64,000 nt of DNA from the NCBI GenBank assembly GCA_964569655.1, contig CAZMTN010000001.1:64542-128541 (forward strand). The letters are read 5' to 3'. The notes under the pieces were generated by a model that saw only the letters and a program-made list of their open reading frames with translations, ran no database searches and was not told where the DNA came from. The DNA comes from an uncultured Candidatus Saccharibacteria bacterium (GTDB taxonomy: Bacteria; Patescibacteriota; Minisyncoccia; Phycocordibacterales; Phycocordibacteraceae). The position numbers and the translations under genes are program-made. Shown here one piece after another: positions 46,826 through 55,461 of this stretch (position 1 is its first letter; each line of letters opens with the position of its first letter).

Positions 46826-46900
46826 GGTGCGCGGTGAGGGACTTGAACCCCCGACATCTTCAACGTCAATGAAGCGCTCTACCAACTGAGCTAACCGCGC
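46825..46900 (-). tRNA. tRNA-Val (anticodon GAC), CCA encoded
   Basis: Minus strand reads GCGCGGTTAGCTCAGTTGGTAGAGCGCTTCATTGACGTTGAAGATGTCGGGGGTTCAAGTCCCTCACCGCGCACCA, which gives a canonical cloverleaf. Confidence 0.9.
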
Positions 46901-46946
46901 ATTGCTGTCGCAGAATACCGCGATTCACGTTACTATTCAACCCACC

Positions 46947-47567
46947 ATGGAAATCGTGAAAGTCGAGGAACTAGGCATAGACGCGGCTGCTGCCCGGGCC
47001 GCCGACGTGATATCTAAGGGCGGCATCGTAGCCTACCCGACCGATACCCTGTATGGCCTCGGCGTGAACGCGCTCGATGCAGACGCCCTCAGGCGTCTCA
47101 AGGAGCTCAAAGGCCGGGAAGAAGGGAAGCCCATCTCCATCATGGTCCCGAGTGCCGAAGCTATCTCCTGGCACGCGGAGCTCACGCCAGGAGCCCGCGT
47201 GCTCGCGGAGAAATTCCTTCCGGGGCCGCTCACGCTCGTCGTGCCGGCGAAGGATCATCTCCCGAAGGAGCTCGCGCCGGACGGCACCGTCGGCATCCGC
47301 GTGCCAGATGACGCCTTCACTCGAGCGTTCTCCGCCATGTCCGAGTACCCGATCACCTCGACCTCCGCGAACCTGGCCGGCATGGAGACGCCGCATACGG
47401 TCAGAGACCTCCTCGCGCACTTCGGCCCGAAGATGGGCGATATCGACCTCTATATAGATGACGGGCCGCGCAGCGGAGGCGTCGGCTCGACCGTCGTTTC
47501 CTGTCTTTCTACGTTGCCGGTGCTGCTGCGCGAGGGCGCTATCTCGAAGAAGGACTTAGGGCTATAG
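46947..47567 (+). CDS. tsaC: L-threonylcarbamoyladenylate synthase (TsaC/YrdC/Sua5 family)
   Basis: YrdC domain (GGIVAYPTDTLYGLGVNALDADALRRL ... STSANLAG). ATG at 46947 inside track ORF 46902..47567. Confidence 0.85.
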   Translation: MEIVKVEELGIDAAAARAADVISKGGIVAYPTDTLYGLGVNALDADALRRLKELKGREEGKPISIMVPSAEAISWHAELTPGARVLAEKFLPGPLTLVVPAKDHLPKELAPDGTVGIRVPDDAFTRAFSAMSEYPITSTSANLAGMETPHTVRDLLAHFGPKMGDIDLYIDDGPRSGGVGSTVVSCLSTLPVLLREGAISKKDLGL

Positions 47568-47573
47568 GATGGT

Positions 47574-47819
47574 ATGCTATCGACCATGAAAACCAACCTT
47601 ATCGCCGCCATCTGCCTGGCTTTCGGAGTGCTGTTCTCTTTCTCCATCGGTACCGCGCTCCTGTTCGGGTATATGTACTTCGTTGAAGGCGATCCTATGA
47701 CAGGCATTATCGCGCTCATTGCTCTCGGCATCATAGCTATCGGACTGATCATCATGAGCTTCAGCAAGAAAGCTCGGGAGGTTGTGAACGTCGCGATCGA
47801 GCACGTCGGCATCGGTTAG
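47574..47819 (+). CDS. hypothetical small membrane protein (81 aa, 2 TM)
   Basis: Two hydrophobic helices. No known domain. Confidence 0.35.
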   Translation: MLSTMKTNLIAAICLAFGVLFSFSIGTALLFGYMYFVEGDPMTGIIALIALGIIAIGLIIMSFSKKAREVVNVAIEHVGIG

Positions 47820-48112
47820 TACATCCGGTCGCGGATAGTAGCAAGCGCTGCAGTGACCGCAGAGTCAGTGATCCTCGTAAAGCGGGGAAGGCGTCTGCCG
47901 TCAACTTCAACCTCTTCGAAGAACATCTCGAGCGGGCGCGCCTGGTACTTCGCGGGCGGCATCCATTCGCTCTCGTAGAGTGGGCGGTAGAGGACCATCA
48001 GGGACTTATCCTCGGTGTTCCGCGCGATGCCGACCACCTCGTAGGTGTAATTGTGCGGCTTGCCGCTCGGGTCGTGCTTGTAGTGCGTATAGAAACCGGG
48101 CTCAGGGTGCAT
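47816..48112 (-). CDS. DUF1653-family protein
   Basis: YTHYKHDPSGKPHNYTYEVVGIARNTEDKSLMVLYRPLY matches the DUF1653 signature. 98 aa. Confidence 0.6.
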   Translation of the reverse strand: MHPEPGFYTHYKHDPSGKPHNYTYEVVGIARNTEDKSLMVLYRPLYESEWMPPAKYQARPLEMFFEEVEVDGRRLPRFTRITDSAVTAALATIRDRMY

Positions 48113-48124
48113 AAGAATATTCTA

Positions 48125-48742
48125 TCAAGCGTAATTCTCGCCATCCACGGACCGCCAGAGGTAGAGCGACGCCACCGTCCGATGCGGCGCCCACTGCTTT
48201 CCGATCTTCTCCATCTGCTTGACCGTAGGCAGCTTCTTGAACCCGTAGATCCTCTGAAACCCTTTCTGGATGGCGAGGTCTCCGGTAGGGAGTACGTCGG
48301 GGCGCAACAGCGTGAACATGAGGAACATGTCCGCTGACCAGCGGCCGATGCCTTTCACTACGATGAGATGCGCGCGTATCTCCTCGTCTGTCATATTCGG
48401 GAACTTCCGCGGATTGATGGTGCCGTCGAGGAACCGCTCGGCGAGGTCCCGCACGTATACCACCTTAGAGTTCGAGAGCCCAGCAGTGCGCAGCTGCTCC
48501 GGACTGAGCTTGACCAGCTCATTGGGAGAGAGCCTGCCGCCTGGAAAAAGCGCCTTGAAGCGCTTCATGATCGCGGCAGCGGCTTTGCCGGACACCTGCT
48601 GGTAGATGATCGCCTGGGCCAGGGCAGCGAACGCCTGCTTCGGATACGCGTACGGCTTAAGCGTGAGCTTCTTCATCGCTTCGCGCATCCTCAGATCCTT
48701 GCGAAGATGCCGATGAGCTTCTTCCAGCGCGTAATCCTTCAT
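48125..48742 (-). CDS. DNA-3-methyladenine glycosylase II-like HhH-GPD protein (AlkA/Mag-like)
   Basis: HhH-GPD motifs (LVKLSPEQLRTAGLSNSKVVYVRDLA ... VKGIGRWSADMFLMFTL ... D). ATG (MKDYALEE...) at rc 48740-48742 shares its A with the CCA of tRNA-Ser(CGA). The track's 5' extension is the tRNA. Confidence 0.7.
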   Translation of the reverse strand: MKDYALEEAHRHLRKDLRMREAMKKLTLKPYAYPKQAFAALAQAIIYQQVSGKAAAAIMKRFKALFPGGRLSPNELVKLSPEQLRTAGLSNSKVVYVRDLAERFLDGTINPRKFPNMTDEEIRAHLIVVKGIGRWSADMFLMFTLLRPDVLPTGDLAIQKGFQRIYGFKKLPTVKQMEKIGKQWAPHRTVASLYLWRSVDGENYA

Positions 48743-48831
48743 GGCGGAGAGGGAGGGATTCGAACCCTCGAGGAACTTTCGCCCCTGCCGGTTTTCGAAA
48801 CCGGTGCATTCGACCACTCTGCCACCTCTCC
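48742..48831 (-). tRNA. tRNA-Ser (anticodon CGA), type II, CCA encoded
   Basis: Minus strand reads GGAGAGGTGGCAGAGTGGTCGAATGCACCGGTTTCGAAAACCGGCAGGGGCGAAAGTTCCTCGAGGGTTCGAATCCCTCCCTCTCCGCCA. The acceptor and T-arm are identical to tRNA-Ser(GGA) at 20193. Confidence 0.9.
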
Positions 48832-49153
48832 AGTTCCCGCTATCCTAGCACCCGTCTCATATAAATGCGATACGAGCCCCGGAAGGGGCTCGTAGGGGCT
48901 TGCTTACGCAGGCGCCTGTTCGGTCGGAGCAGCTTCGGTCTCCGGAGCCGCTGGCTCTGCAGCAGGGTCCATCGGCACTGCTGCCGGGTTGGTGTTCTCT
49001 TCCATGGTTGATGTGGGAGGCATGCGGGTTCATGAGAATCCGCACGACGCTCTGTATAAGCTGGCAAAGGTTCGACCTTGTAGCTAAGTATACCAGAAGA
49101 TGCCGGATTCCTAGATGGCGCTTTCGAAGAAAGATGCTATGGTTTCTCCACAC

Positions 49154-49225
49154 GGCCTCATCGTCTAACGGTTAGGACAGCGCCCTTTCACGGCGTAAAT
49201 CGGGGTTCGATTCCCCGTGGGGTCA
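49154..49225 (+). tRNA. tRNA-Glu (anticodon TTC)
   Basis: GGCCTCATCGTCTAACGGTTAGGACAGCGCCCTTTCACGGCGTAAATCGGGGTTCGATTCCCCGTGGGGTCA. The acceptor has two G-U pairs. CCA is not encoded. Confidence 0.85.
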
Positions 49226-49280
49226 CATACACAGCACCGCAAGCATTCATTGATGCTTGAAAGGTATACTTTCGCTAAGC

Positions 49281-49790
49281 ATGAGGATCTATATAACCGG
49301 AGTCTCTGGCACAGGGAAGACAACAACTATAGAAAAGTTGAGGGAGAGGGGCATCCATACTATCGACCTGGATGGCGTGCCTGGCCTGTGCCGCTGGGTG
49401 CACAAGGTGACGAAGGAAACCCACCTCTGGCACCCAGGTATCGGGCAGGAATTCTTCGACAGCCATGACTACATCTGCGACAAACAGAGGCTCATCGAGC
49501 TCATGGGCAGCGGCAACGCTGTAGTTGCAGGCCTGGCGGACAATCAGTCGGGATTTTTCGACTTGTTCGATAAGCTCTTCCTTTTCCATTGCGACGAGGA
49601 GATCTTCCTGCAGCGCGTGCGCGACCGGACGAACCATGACTTTGGAAAGGATGACTCTGAGCAGGAAATGATCCGGGGGTGGTACAAGGAATTCGAACAG
49701 GAGATGCTGGATGCGGGAGCCATCTCTGTAGATGCATCCCAGCCCACGGACGTGATCGTTGCGCAGCTGCTGAGCGAGCTTGCTTCCTAA
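49281..49790 (+). CDS. P-loop NTPase (AAA_33/AAA_18-like putative kinase)
   Basis: Walker A MRIYITGVSGTGKTTT and Walker B-like LFLFHCDEE. ATG at 49281, with TATACT 10 nt upstream. The track start at 49257 is a TTG. Confidence 0.6.
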   Translation: MRIYITGVSGTGKTTTIEKLRERGIHTIDLDGVPGLCRWVHKVTKETHLWHPGIGQEFFDSHDYICDKQRLIELMGSGNAVVAGLADNQSGFFDLFDKLFLFHCDEEIFLQRVRDRTNHDFGKDDSEQEMIRGWYKEFEQEMLDAGAISVDASQPTDVIVAQLLSELAS

Positions 49791-50287
49791 CGTCGGACCG
49801 CAAACCTAAGTTCGCGCGCAAGCCCGAGATCAGCATCGGACCGCAATTCGAGACGATCATCGTATGCGTTGTCGAATACAGGCTTCCCCTCACCAAGTTC
49901 GTCCGGAAGCTGATGGAAGATGATCTCATCGATAAGTCCTCGGGAAAGAAGATAGTTGTTCATGGTCTCTCCTGAACAGACCAAAACGCGTTCCTTAGCA
50001 CGAACGGCCTCCTCGGGAGAAGTCATCAGCTCATACCCGCCGGCTACCGTATAGCTATTCTCATTCGATACGACTATTTTCCTAACCGGCATCTCATTGA
50101 ATGAGCCCAGCAGCTCCTCAGCATACGCCTGTATAGCCTCGTATGCCTTACTGCTCAGTACGATCGCATCGAACTGCTGCATAAGTTCGAGTGTCTTCGG
50201 CCAAAGCCCATCGGGGATAAAATCCTCCTCGCCGTCCTTGTCCGTAATGAACCAGTCCGCGGAGACCACGTTGTAGAGCGTTACCAT
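49787..50287 (-). CDS. dihydrofolate-reductase-like (RibD C-terminal domain family) protein
   Basis: RibD_C pattern (LYNVVSADWFITDKDG...AIVLSSKAYE...VAGGYEL...GLIDEIIFHQLPDELGEGKPVF). Confidence 0.7.
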   Translation of the reverse strand: MVTLYNVVSADWFITDKDGEEDFIPDGLWPKTLELMQQFDAIVLSSKAYEAIQAYAEELLGSFNEMPVRKIVVSNENSYTVAGGYELMTSPEEAVRAKERVLVCSGETMNNYLLSRGLIDEIIFHQLPDELGEGKPVFDNAYDDRLELRSDADLGLARELRFAVRR

Positions 50288-50342
50288 CGCCTGAAGTATA
50301 CCTCTTCATCCAAACGCCACGCCCTTTTCCTATACTGAGGGC

Positions 50343-50642
50343 ATGCTCACCAACGGACAGCACCTGTTGAACGTCGCCGACGCCGGCCTCAACCTATCAA
50401 TGGGCAACACGCAGCATTACAAGGAAATCCTCGTCATGGTGCTGCTCGACATCGAGGAGGTACTCGATCGCGGCCGCCACCTGACTTTCGATTCCCCGGA
50501 GCTCGTGGACGAGATCAGCTCAAAGCTCGATCTTGTGCGCGCCCGCATCCAGGACCTGCTTGCCGCGCTCGGCCGGGAGCGGTCTGCGCGCATCCTCGAA
50601 TACCACGGCGAATACCTGAAACACCAGTTCGTACCGGTCTGA
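50343..50642 (+). CDS. hypothetical protein (99 aa), translationally coupled to nfi
   Basis: TATACT lies 11 nt before the ATG. Its stop overlaps the nfi ATG (TGATG). No recognisable domain. Confidence 0.45.
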   Translation: MLTNGQHLLNVADAGLNLSMGNTQHYKEILVMVLLDIEEVLDRGRHLTFDSPELVDEISSKLDLVRARIQDLLAALGRERSARILEYHGEYLKHQFVPV

Positions 50643-51316
50643 TGCGCTGGAATGTCACGCCCAAGGAAGCTATAGAGCTCCAGAAGACGCTCCGCGCCGA
50701 GATTCGCTTGGAGCCGCTCCGGAGGAAACCGGTCCTCATCGGCGGTTGCGACGTATCAATGAACCGTTTCGCTGCAGAAGGCTTCGCGGGATTCGTCACG
50801 CTCGATGCATCATTGAACATGGTGGATTACGCGGTGGTGAGGGACACCATCCCATTCCCGTATATCCCAGGCTTACTCTCATTCCGAGAGATCCCCATGC
50901 TGCTCAAGGCTTGGGAGAAGCTCGAACGGAAGCCGGACGTCATCGTGGTGGATGGCGTCGGCATCGCGCACCCGAGGAGGCTCGGCATCGCCACGCACCT
51001 CGGCCTCACGCTCAACGTTCCGACCATCGGGTGCTCCAAAAGCGTGCTTACGGGCATATACGAGGAGCCGAGCCCGACAGCGGGCTCCTGCTCCTACCTG
51101 TACGACCCCAAGCACCCGGGCGAGGTCATCGGGGCGGCGCTCCGGAGCAAGGACCGCGTAGCCCCGGTGTTCGTGTCTCCGGGCCACCTCATCACGCTCG
51201 AGGAATCCATCGAGCTCGTGCGCTCATGCATACGAAAACATCGGCTCCCCGAGCCGACGCGCTACGCCCATAACGTAGTGAATGCCTATCGCATCAAGGA
51301 CGCCGAGGCCCACTGA
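50642..51316 (+). CDS. nfi: endonuclease V (deoxyinosine 3' endonuclease)
   Basis: Conserved GCDVS, PYIPGLLSFRE, VVDGVGIAHPRRLGIATHLG and IGCSKS motifs. Confidence 0.85.
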   Translation: MRWNVTPKEAIELQKTLRAEIRLEPLRRKPVLIGGCDVSMNRFAAEGFAGFVTLDASLNMVDYAVVRDTIPFPYIPGLLSFREIPMLLKAWEKLERKPDVIVVDGVGIAHPRRLGIATHLGLTLNVPTIGCSKSVLTGIYEEPSPTAGSCSYLYDPKHPGEVIGAALRSKDRVAPVFVSPGHLITLEESIELVRSCIRKHRLPEPTRYAHNVVNAYRIKDAEAH

Positions 51317-52473
51317 TCCCAGACGGCTGCAGAGAGGTCCTGCGGTTCGCCATAGAAGGGAGAGGCGTGGAGATCGATCCAAGGGAGCGAGTTCGCCTCG
51401 ATGAAGCCCCAGCGCTGCTCGCTAGCTGGCTTCATAGGGTCCGGGATGATGATATCGAACCCGACGATGGAAAGGCCGGTGAGCTTCGCCGCCTGTTCGA
51501 TGATCGGTACGAACGACGGATGCACCGTCCTCCCGTGCTCGCGGTTGCTCCCGCCGAGCGCCGAGCCTGCGCGGTATGAGATGGGGAAGCGCATGCCGGT
51601 CGGGAGCACGGAGTCGAGGCTGTAGCCGCGGCGTTTGAGCTGTCCGGCGTAGGAGGTATTCATCACGATATCGCCCACGCCGTCGGGCTTTGCCGCGTTC
51701 GTCTTCTCGATAAGCTCCGCGATCGTAGAGACGCCGTCCCCGATGACGGTCGGGTACTGAGACTCGAGGAATCCGAGCATCTTGCCGCCCACGCAGGTGG
51801 CGCGGCAGAGGTTGCCCTCAAGCTGCTCCTCCACTGACGCGAACGCGCAGATCTCTTTCACGCTCGCAAGCGCTTCGCGTAGATCCTCCTCAGTCTTCAC
51901 ATAGGTATAGGTATGGCGGCCGTTCGAGCCCGTGCGCGGCTTCACGCAGGCAACCCCGACCTCCTTAAGCGCCTCCAGGGCGCCTTTCATAGTAGATACG
52001 CCGAAGCTCTTGGGCACCGGAAGCCCGGCCTTCTCCATGGCCCGCTTGAACCAGACCTTGTCGTCCATGCGGAGCACGGCTACGTCCAACGGCGGGAAGG
52101 GAAGGCTCTTGAAGAAATGCTCCTTCCCGCTGGTTTCCACGCGGAAAGTGTCGCTCGGCTTCCCGAGGAACATGAGCTGCTGCATCGGGATGGAGCGCTT
52201 CTTCGCTTCGAGCCAAAGCAGACGAGAACGGTCCGATACCGCCATTTCCGTGTCATCCGAGAGCGTGATGACGCCCAGCATCTTGCACACGAAGAACGCG
52301 CTCTTCCCGAGCACGGTCAGTACCGCGTCTCCGAGCTTCGTGAGCAGGCGATAGACGCGCCACTCATGCGTCGGGACGGAGAGCATGATCGTGTCTACGG
52401 TGGTCGTGATGCGCAGGGGAAGGTGCGGGACGGACGCCGATCCGCACGCTTCGCAGCCGAGTGTGCCGTTCAT
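51286..52473 (-). CDS. ATP-grasp domain protein (cyanophycin-synthetase N-terminal/RimK-like)
   Basis: ATP-grasp core (KVWFKRAMEKAGLPVPKSF ... ACVKPRTGSNGRHTYTYV ... GFDIIIPDP ... FIEANSLPWIDLH). ATG (MNGTLG...) at rc 52471-52473, with TATACT 9 nt upstream. The track's N-terminal extension is unlikely to be real. Confidence 0.6.
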   Translation of the reverse strand: MNGTLGCEACGSASVPHLPLRITTTVDTIMLSVPTHEWRVYRLLTKLGDAVLTVLGKSAFFVCKMLGVITLSDDTEMAVSDRSRLLWLEAKKRSIPMQQLMFLGKPSDTFRVETSGKEHFFKSLPFPPLDVAVLRMDDKVWFKRAMEKAGLPVPKSFGVSTMKGALEALKEVGVACVKPRTGSNGRHTYTYVKTEEDLREALASVKEICAFASVEEQLEGNLCRATCVGGKMLGFLESQYPTVIGDGVSTIAELIEKTNAAKPDGVGDIVMNTSYAGQLKRRGYSLDSVLPTGMRFPISYRAGSALGGSNREHGRTVHPSFVPIIEQAAKLTGLSIVGFDIIIPDPMKPASEQRWGFIEANSLPWIDLHASPFYGEPQDLSAAVWDQWASASLMR

Positions 52474-52708
52474 GTGGAGATGAGTATACCTGAAATGAAA
52501 AAGACCCGTGAAGGGTCCTTTTCCAGACGAGCTAGTGGTGTGCACCGGTCATAGGCTGGTATCGATTACGAATACCCCTATAGTATAGACCCGTCAAAAA
52601 AAGCTATCCCGAGTTATCACCAGCCCTTTTCTTTGACCATACGAGCAGGTCCGGCATATCATTCGATTCAGGAGCATTCGTTTTGGCCTTTAACACAGGG
52701 GACAGGGC

Positions 52709-53086
52709 ATGAGCATACGAGGCAATAACGTTGTGCCGCTTCATCCGAAGCGGAAGTTTCGCGCAACAACACAGCAGCTTTTCGAATTGAACGAGATCAG
52801 CGACCGTCTTTGCGTGGACGCTGTTCGCACGGTCGTTTCTTTGTCGGCAGCGCTCGAATTCATGAAGAAGAAGCTTGCTTCGCAGGGAAGCCCTTTCTCG
52901 CTGAATCCGTGCGTGACGGAAGCACCGCTTCCCGAGGACAAATGGATCCTCGAAAGACTGATCCTGCTGGCGATCTCGCAGATGCCGGAAGTCAGCGAGA
53001 ACGACAAGTACGCGCTTCTCGATATACTCCATAGGAAAGTCGAGCGCCGCATCAAGCATGCAGCGCCTCAAGCTAAATACGCCTAA
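52709..53086 (+). CDS. hypothetical protein (125 aa) in an AT-richer islet
   Basis: K/E-rich balanced composition and a strong downstream terminator. Surrounding DNA at 52550-53135 is distinctly lower in GC than the genome average. Confidence 0.45.
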   Translation: MSIRGNNVVPLHPKRKFRATTQQLFELNEISDRLCVDAVRTVVSLSAALEFMKKKLASQGSPFSLNPCVTEAPLPEDKWILERLILLAISQMPEVSENDKYALLDILHRKVERRIKHAAPQAKYA

Positions 53087-53102
53087 CGTCCGCAGGCCGA
53101 GC

Positions 53103-53134
53103 AAGGCGCGATCCACCGGGATCGCGCCTTTTCA
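53103..53134 (+). terminator. rho-independent terminator
   Basis: AAGGCGCGATCC-ACCG-GGATCGCGCCTT is a perfect 12-bp stem, followed by TTCAATT. Confidence 0.7.
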
Positions 53135-53135
53135 A

Positions 53136-54065
53136 TTACCTCGTCTTCACCCACTGATAGATATCCTCGAGGGCCTTCACCGCATCCCCGGCGGCGATAT
53201 TGTTCTGATGATAGAGCTCGTCCGTGCAGTCTCCGGCGGCCCAGATGCCCTCGACGGAAGTGCGCTGGTTCCGCGGGTTCGTTACCACGCGCTTCACCTC
53301 ATCGAGCTCGACGATGCCGTCCGCGTAGTCCGTATTCGGGAGGACGCCGATCTCCACGAAGATGCCCTGGACGGAGAGCTCCGTGACCTCTCCCGTCTCT
53401 CGATTCCTGATCGAGAGCCCCGAGACGAACCTGTCTCCCTTGACCTCAACCGGCTCGTATCCGCCGAGCGCCTTCATATTGGGATGCGCGAGCACCTTCT
53501 CGACGGTGATGGCGTCCGCCTTGTAGGTCTTGTGCTTGTGGATGAGCGTCACGGATTTCGCGTACGCGAGGAGCTGTGCGGCCGTCTCGAATCCGGCGTT
53601 GCCGCCGCCGACGACCGCCACATCCATGCCTGCGAAGAGCGGGCCGTCGCAGGAGGCGCAGTAGGTGAGACCCTTGTTCTCGAAAGCGTCCGCGCCCGGC
53701 ACGGTGAGCTTCCGGCGCGTCGCGCCTGAGGCGATGAGCACCGCTCTCGCGGTCACGGTCTTGCCGCTCTTGGTCGTCACAGAGAACCCGCCCTCTACCT
53801 TCTCGAGCTTTGCTGCGCGCTCTCCCTCGTGTATATCGAGCATGTCCCGCTTGTACGCGTGAAGATGCTCCTTGAGCGCCTTCGCGAGATCCGCGCCCGG
53901 GATCTTAACGGTGCCGATCCAATTCTCGATGCCCTCGGACACGGTGGACTGTCCGCCGAACTCCTCCGCGATGACCGCGCTCTTGAGGTGCTTGCGGGCG
54001 GCATAGACGCCTGCTGCGACGCCTGCAGGCCCGCCGCCGATGATGATGAGGTCCAACATATGCAT
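53136..54065 (-). CDS. trxB: thioredoxin-disulfide reductase
   Basis: FAD motif IIGGGPAG, NADPH motif VVGGGNAG and redox CASCDG (CxxC). 309 aa. Confidence 0.9.
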   Translation of the reverse strand: MHMLDLIIIGGGPAGVAAGVYAARKHLKSAVIAEEFGGQSTVSEGIENWIGTVKIPGADLAKALKEHLHAYKRDMLDIHEGERAAKLEKVEGGFSVTTKSGKTVTARAVLIASGATRRKLTVPGADAFENKGLTYCASCDGPLFAGMDVAVVGGGNAGFETAAQLLAYAKSVTLIHKHKTYKADAITVEKVLAHPNMKALGGYEPVEVKGDRFVSGLSIRNRETGEVTELSVQGIFVEIGVLPNTDYADGIVELDEVKRVVTNPRNQRTSVEGIWAAGDCTDELYHQNNIAAGDAVKALEDIYQWVKTR

Positions 54066-54131
54066 GCATTGTACCCCTCCCGCATTTGCATGGATAGGGG
54101 AGAACGAGAAACGCCCCCGAAGGGGCGGTTC

Positions 54132-55379
54132 CTACTTCTTGTGGCGCCGCAGGAAGGACGGGATGGCTCCCCATGCCTCTTCCTCTTCTGCCTCAGGAGG
54201 CGGCTTTACCGCTGTCTCCTCACGCTTCTGTGGTTGCGCGGTGACGATCGGCTCGCTCTTCTCCTTTCGGGGCGGGATGAGCGGCTCCTCGCTGATGACC
54301 GACTTCTCCTCCTCCGGGCGCTTGAGTTCATTGTAAATCTTGCCGCGCGTGTCCGACTGCTCCTTCTGCGGGAGCGAGAAGAGCGAGCGCTCGGCTGCCG
54401 GGACGGTGACATCTCCCATGCGCTCCGGGAAGCCGGTGGCGATGACGATGATGCGGATCTGGCCCTTCTTGAGCTTCTCGTCCTTCATCATACCGAAGAT
54501 AACCTTCGCTTCCTTGTCCACGGACTCGTTGATGACCTTCGCCGCCTCCTGCACCTCGAGGATGCCGAGGTCGTCTGAGCCGGCCACCACGAAGAGGATG
54601 CCCTTCGCGCCGGTGATGGATACGTCGAGGAGCGGGGAGTTGACCGCGCGCTGCGCAGCCTCCTTCGCGCGTCCGTCGCCGTCCGCGACGCCAATGCCCA
54701 TGAGCGCCGGGCCTGCGTCCTCCATGATGGTCTTGATGTCGTTGAAGTCGGTGTTGATGTCGCCGGCGGTGGTGATGATGTCGGAGACGCCCTCGACCGC
54801 TTGGCGGAGGATCTCATCGGCGAGCGCGAACGCGTTCTTTGCCGTCATATTCGGGTCCGCGATGGTGAGGAGCTTGTCGTTCGGGATGATGATGAACGCA
54901 TCCACTTCCTTCTTGAGGTCCGCAAGGCCGCGGTTCGCGATGTCTCCGCGCTGCGCGCCCTCGAACGCGAACGGGCGGGTGACCACCGCGATGGTGAGCG
55001 CGCCGACCTCCTTCGCGATCTTCGCGATGGTAGCGGACGCGCCGGTGCCGGTGCCGCCGCCCATGCCGCAGGTGATGAACACCATGTCGGAACCCTGGAG
55101 CGCTTCCTGGATCTCCTGGCGGGTCTCCTCAGCTGCGCGCCGTCCGAGGTCCGGATTCATACCGGCGCCGAGGCCGCGGGTCACGTTCTTGCCCACGTGG
55201 ATCTTCCGCTTCGCGAGGGAGCGGTGGAGGTCCTGCGCATCGGTGTTCACCGCGATGAATTCAACGCCCTTCACCTTCGAATTCACCATGTGGTTCACTG
55301 CGTTGCCGCCGGATCCGCCGACACCGACCACCCTGATCCGGGCGAAGGTCTCGATAGCTGGTTCGACGCGCTTTGACAT
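54132..55379 (-). CDS. ftsZ: cell division protein FtsZ
   Basis: Tubulin signature GGGTGTG (ITCGMGGGTGTG) and the FtsZ core, plus a disordered C-terminal linker. Confidence 0.95.
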   Translation of the reverse strand: MSKRVEPAIETFARIRVVGVGGSGGNAVNHMVNSKVKGVEFIAVNTDAQDLHRSLAKRKIHVGKNVTRGLGAGMNPDLGRRAAEETRQEIQEALQGSDMVFITCGMGGGTGTGASATIAKIAKEVGALTIAVVTRPFAFEGAQRGDIANRGLADLKKEVDAFIIIPNDKLLTIADPNMTAKNAFALADEILRQAVEGVSDIITTAGDINTDFNDIKTIMEDAGPALMGIGVADGDGRAKEAAQRAVNSPLLDVSITGAKGILFVVAGSDDLGILEVQEAAKVINESVDKEAKVIFGMMKDEKLKKGQIRIIVIATGFPERMGDVTVPAAERSLFSLPQKEQSDTRGKIYNELKRPEEEKSVISEEPLIPPRKEKSEPIVTAQPQKREETAVKPPPEAEEEEAWGAIPSFLRRHKK

Positions 55380-55461
55380 ATAAAAGTATTAGTTGGTTGT
55401 ACGTATCATACTCCTCTGAGGGAGTCTGCAAATATTGACATTCCCCGCGACTATTACGCGC

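Noticed and set aside
46823-46885. Track start of the SpoU methyltransferase ORF (TTG at 46885) and of the AlkA-like ORF (48817)
   Set aside because: These N-terminal extensions are simply the tRNA-Val and tRNA-Ser genes read in a protein frame. The genuine ATGs lie at the tRNA CCA junctions.
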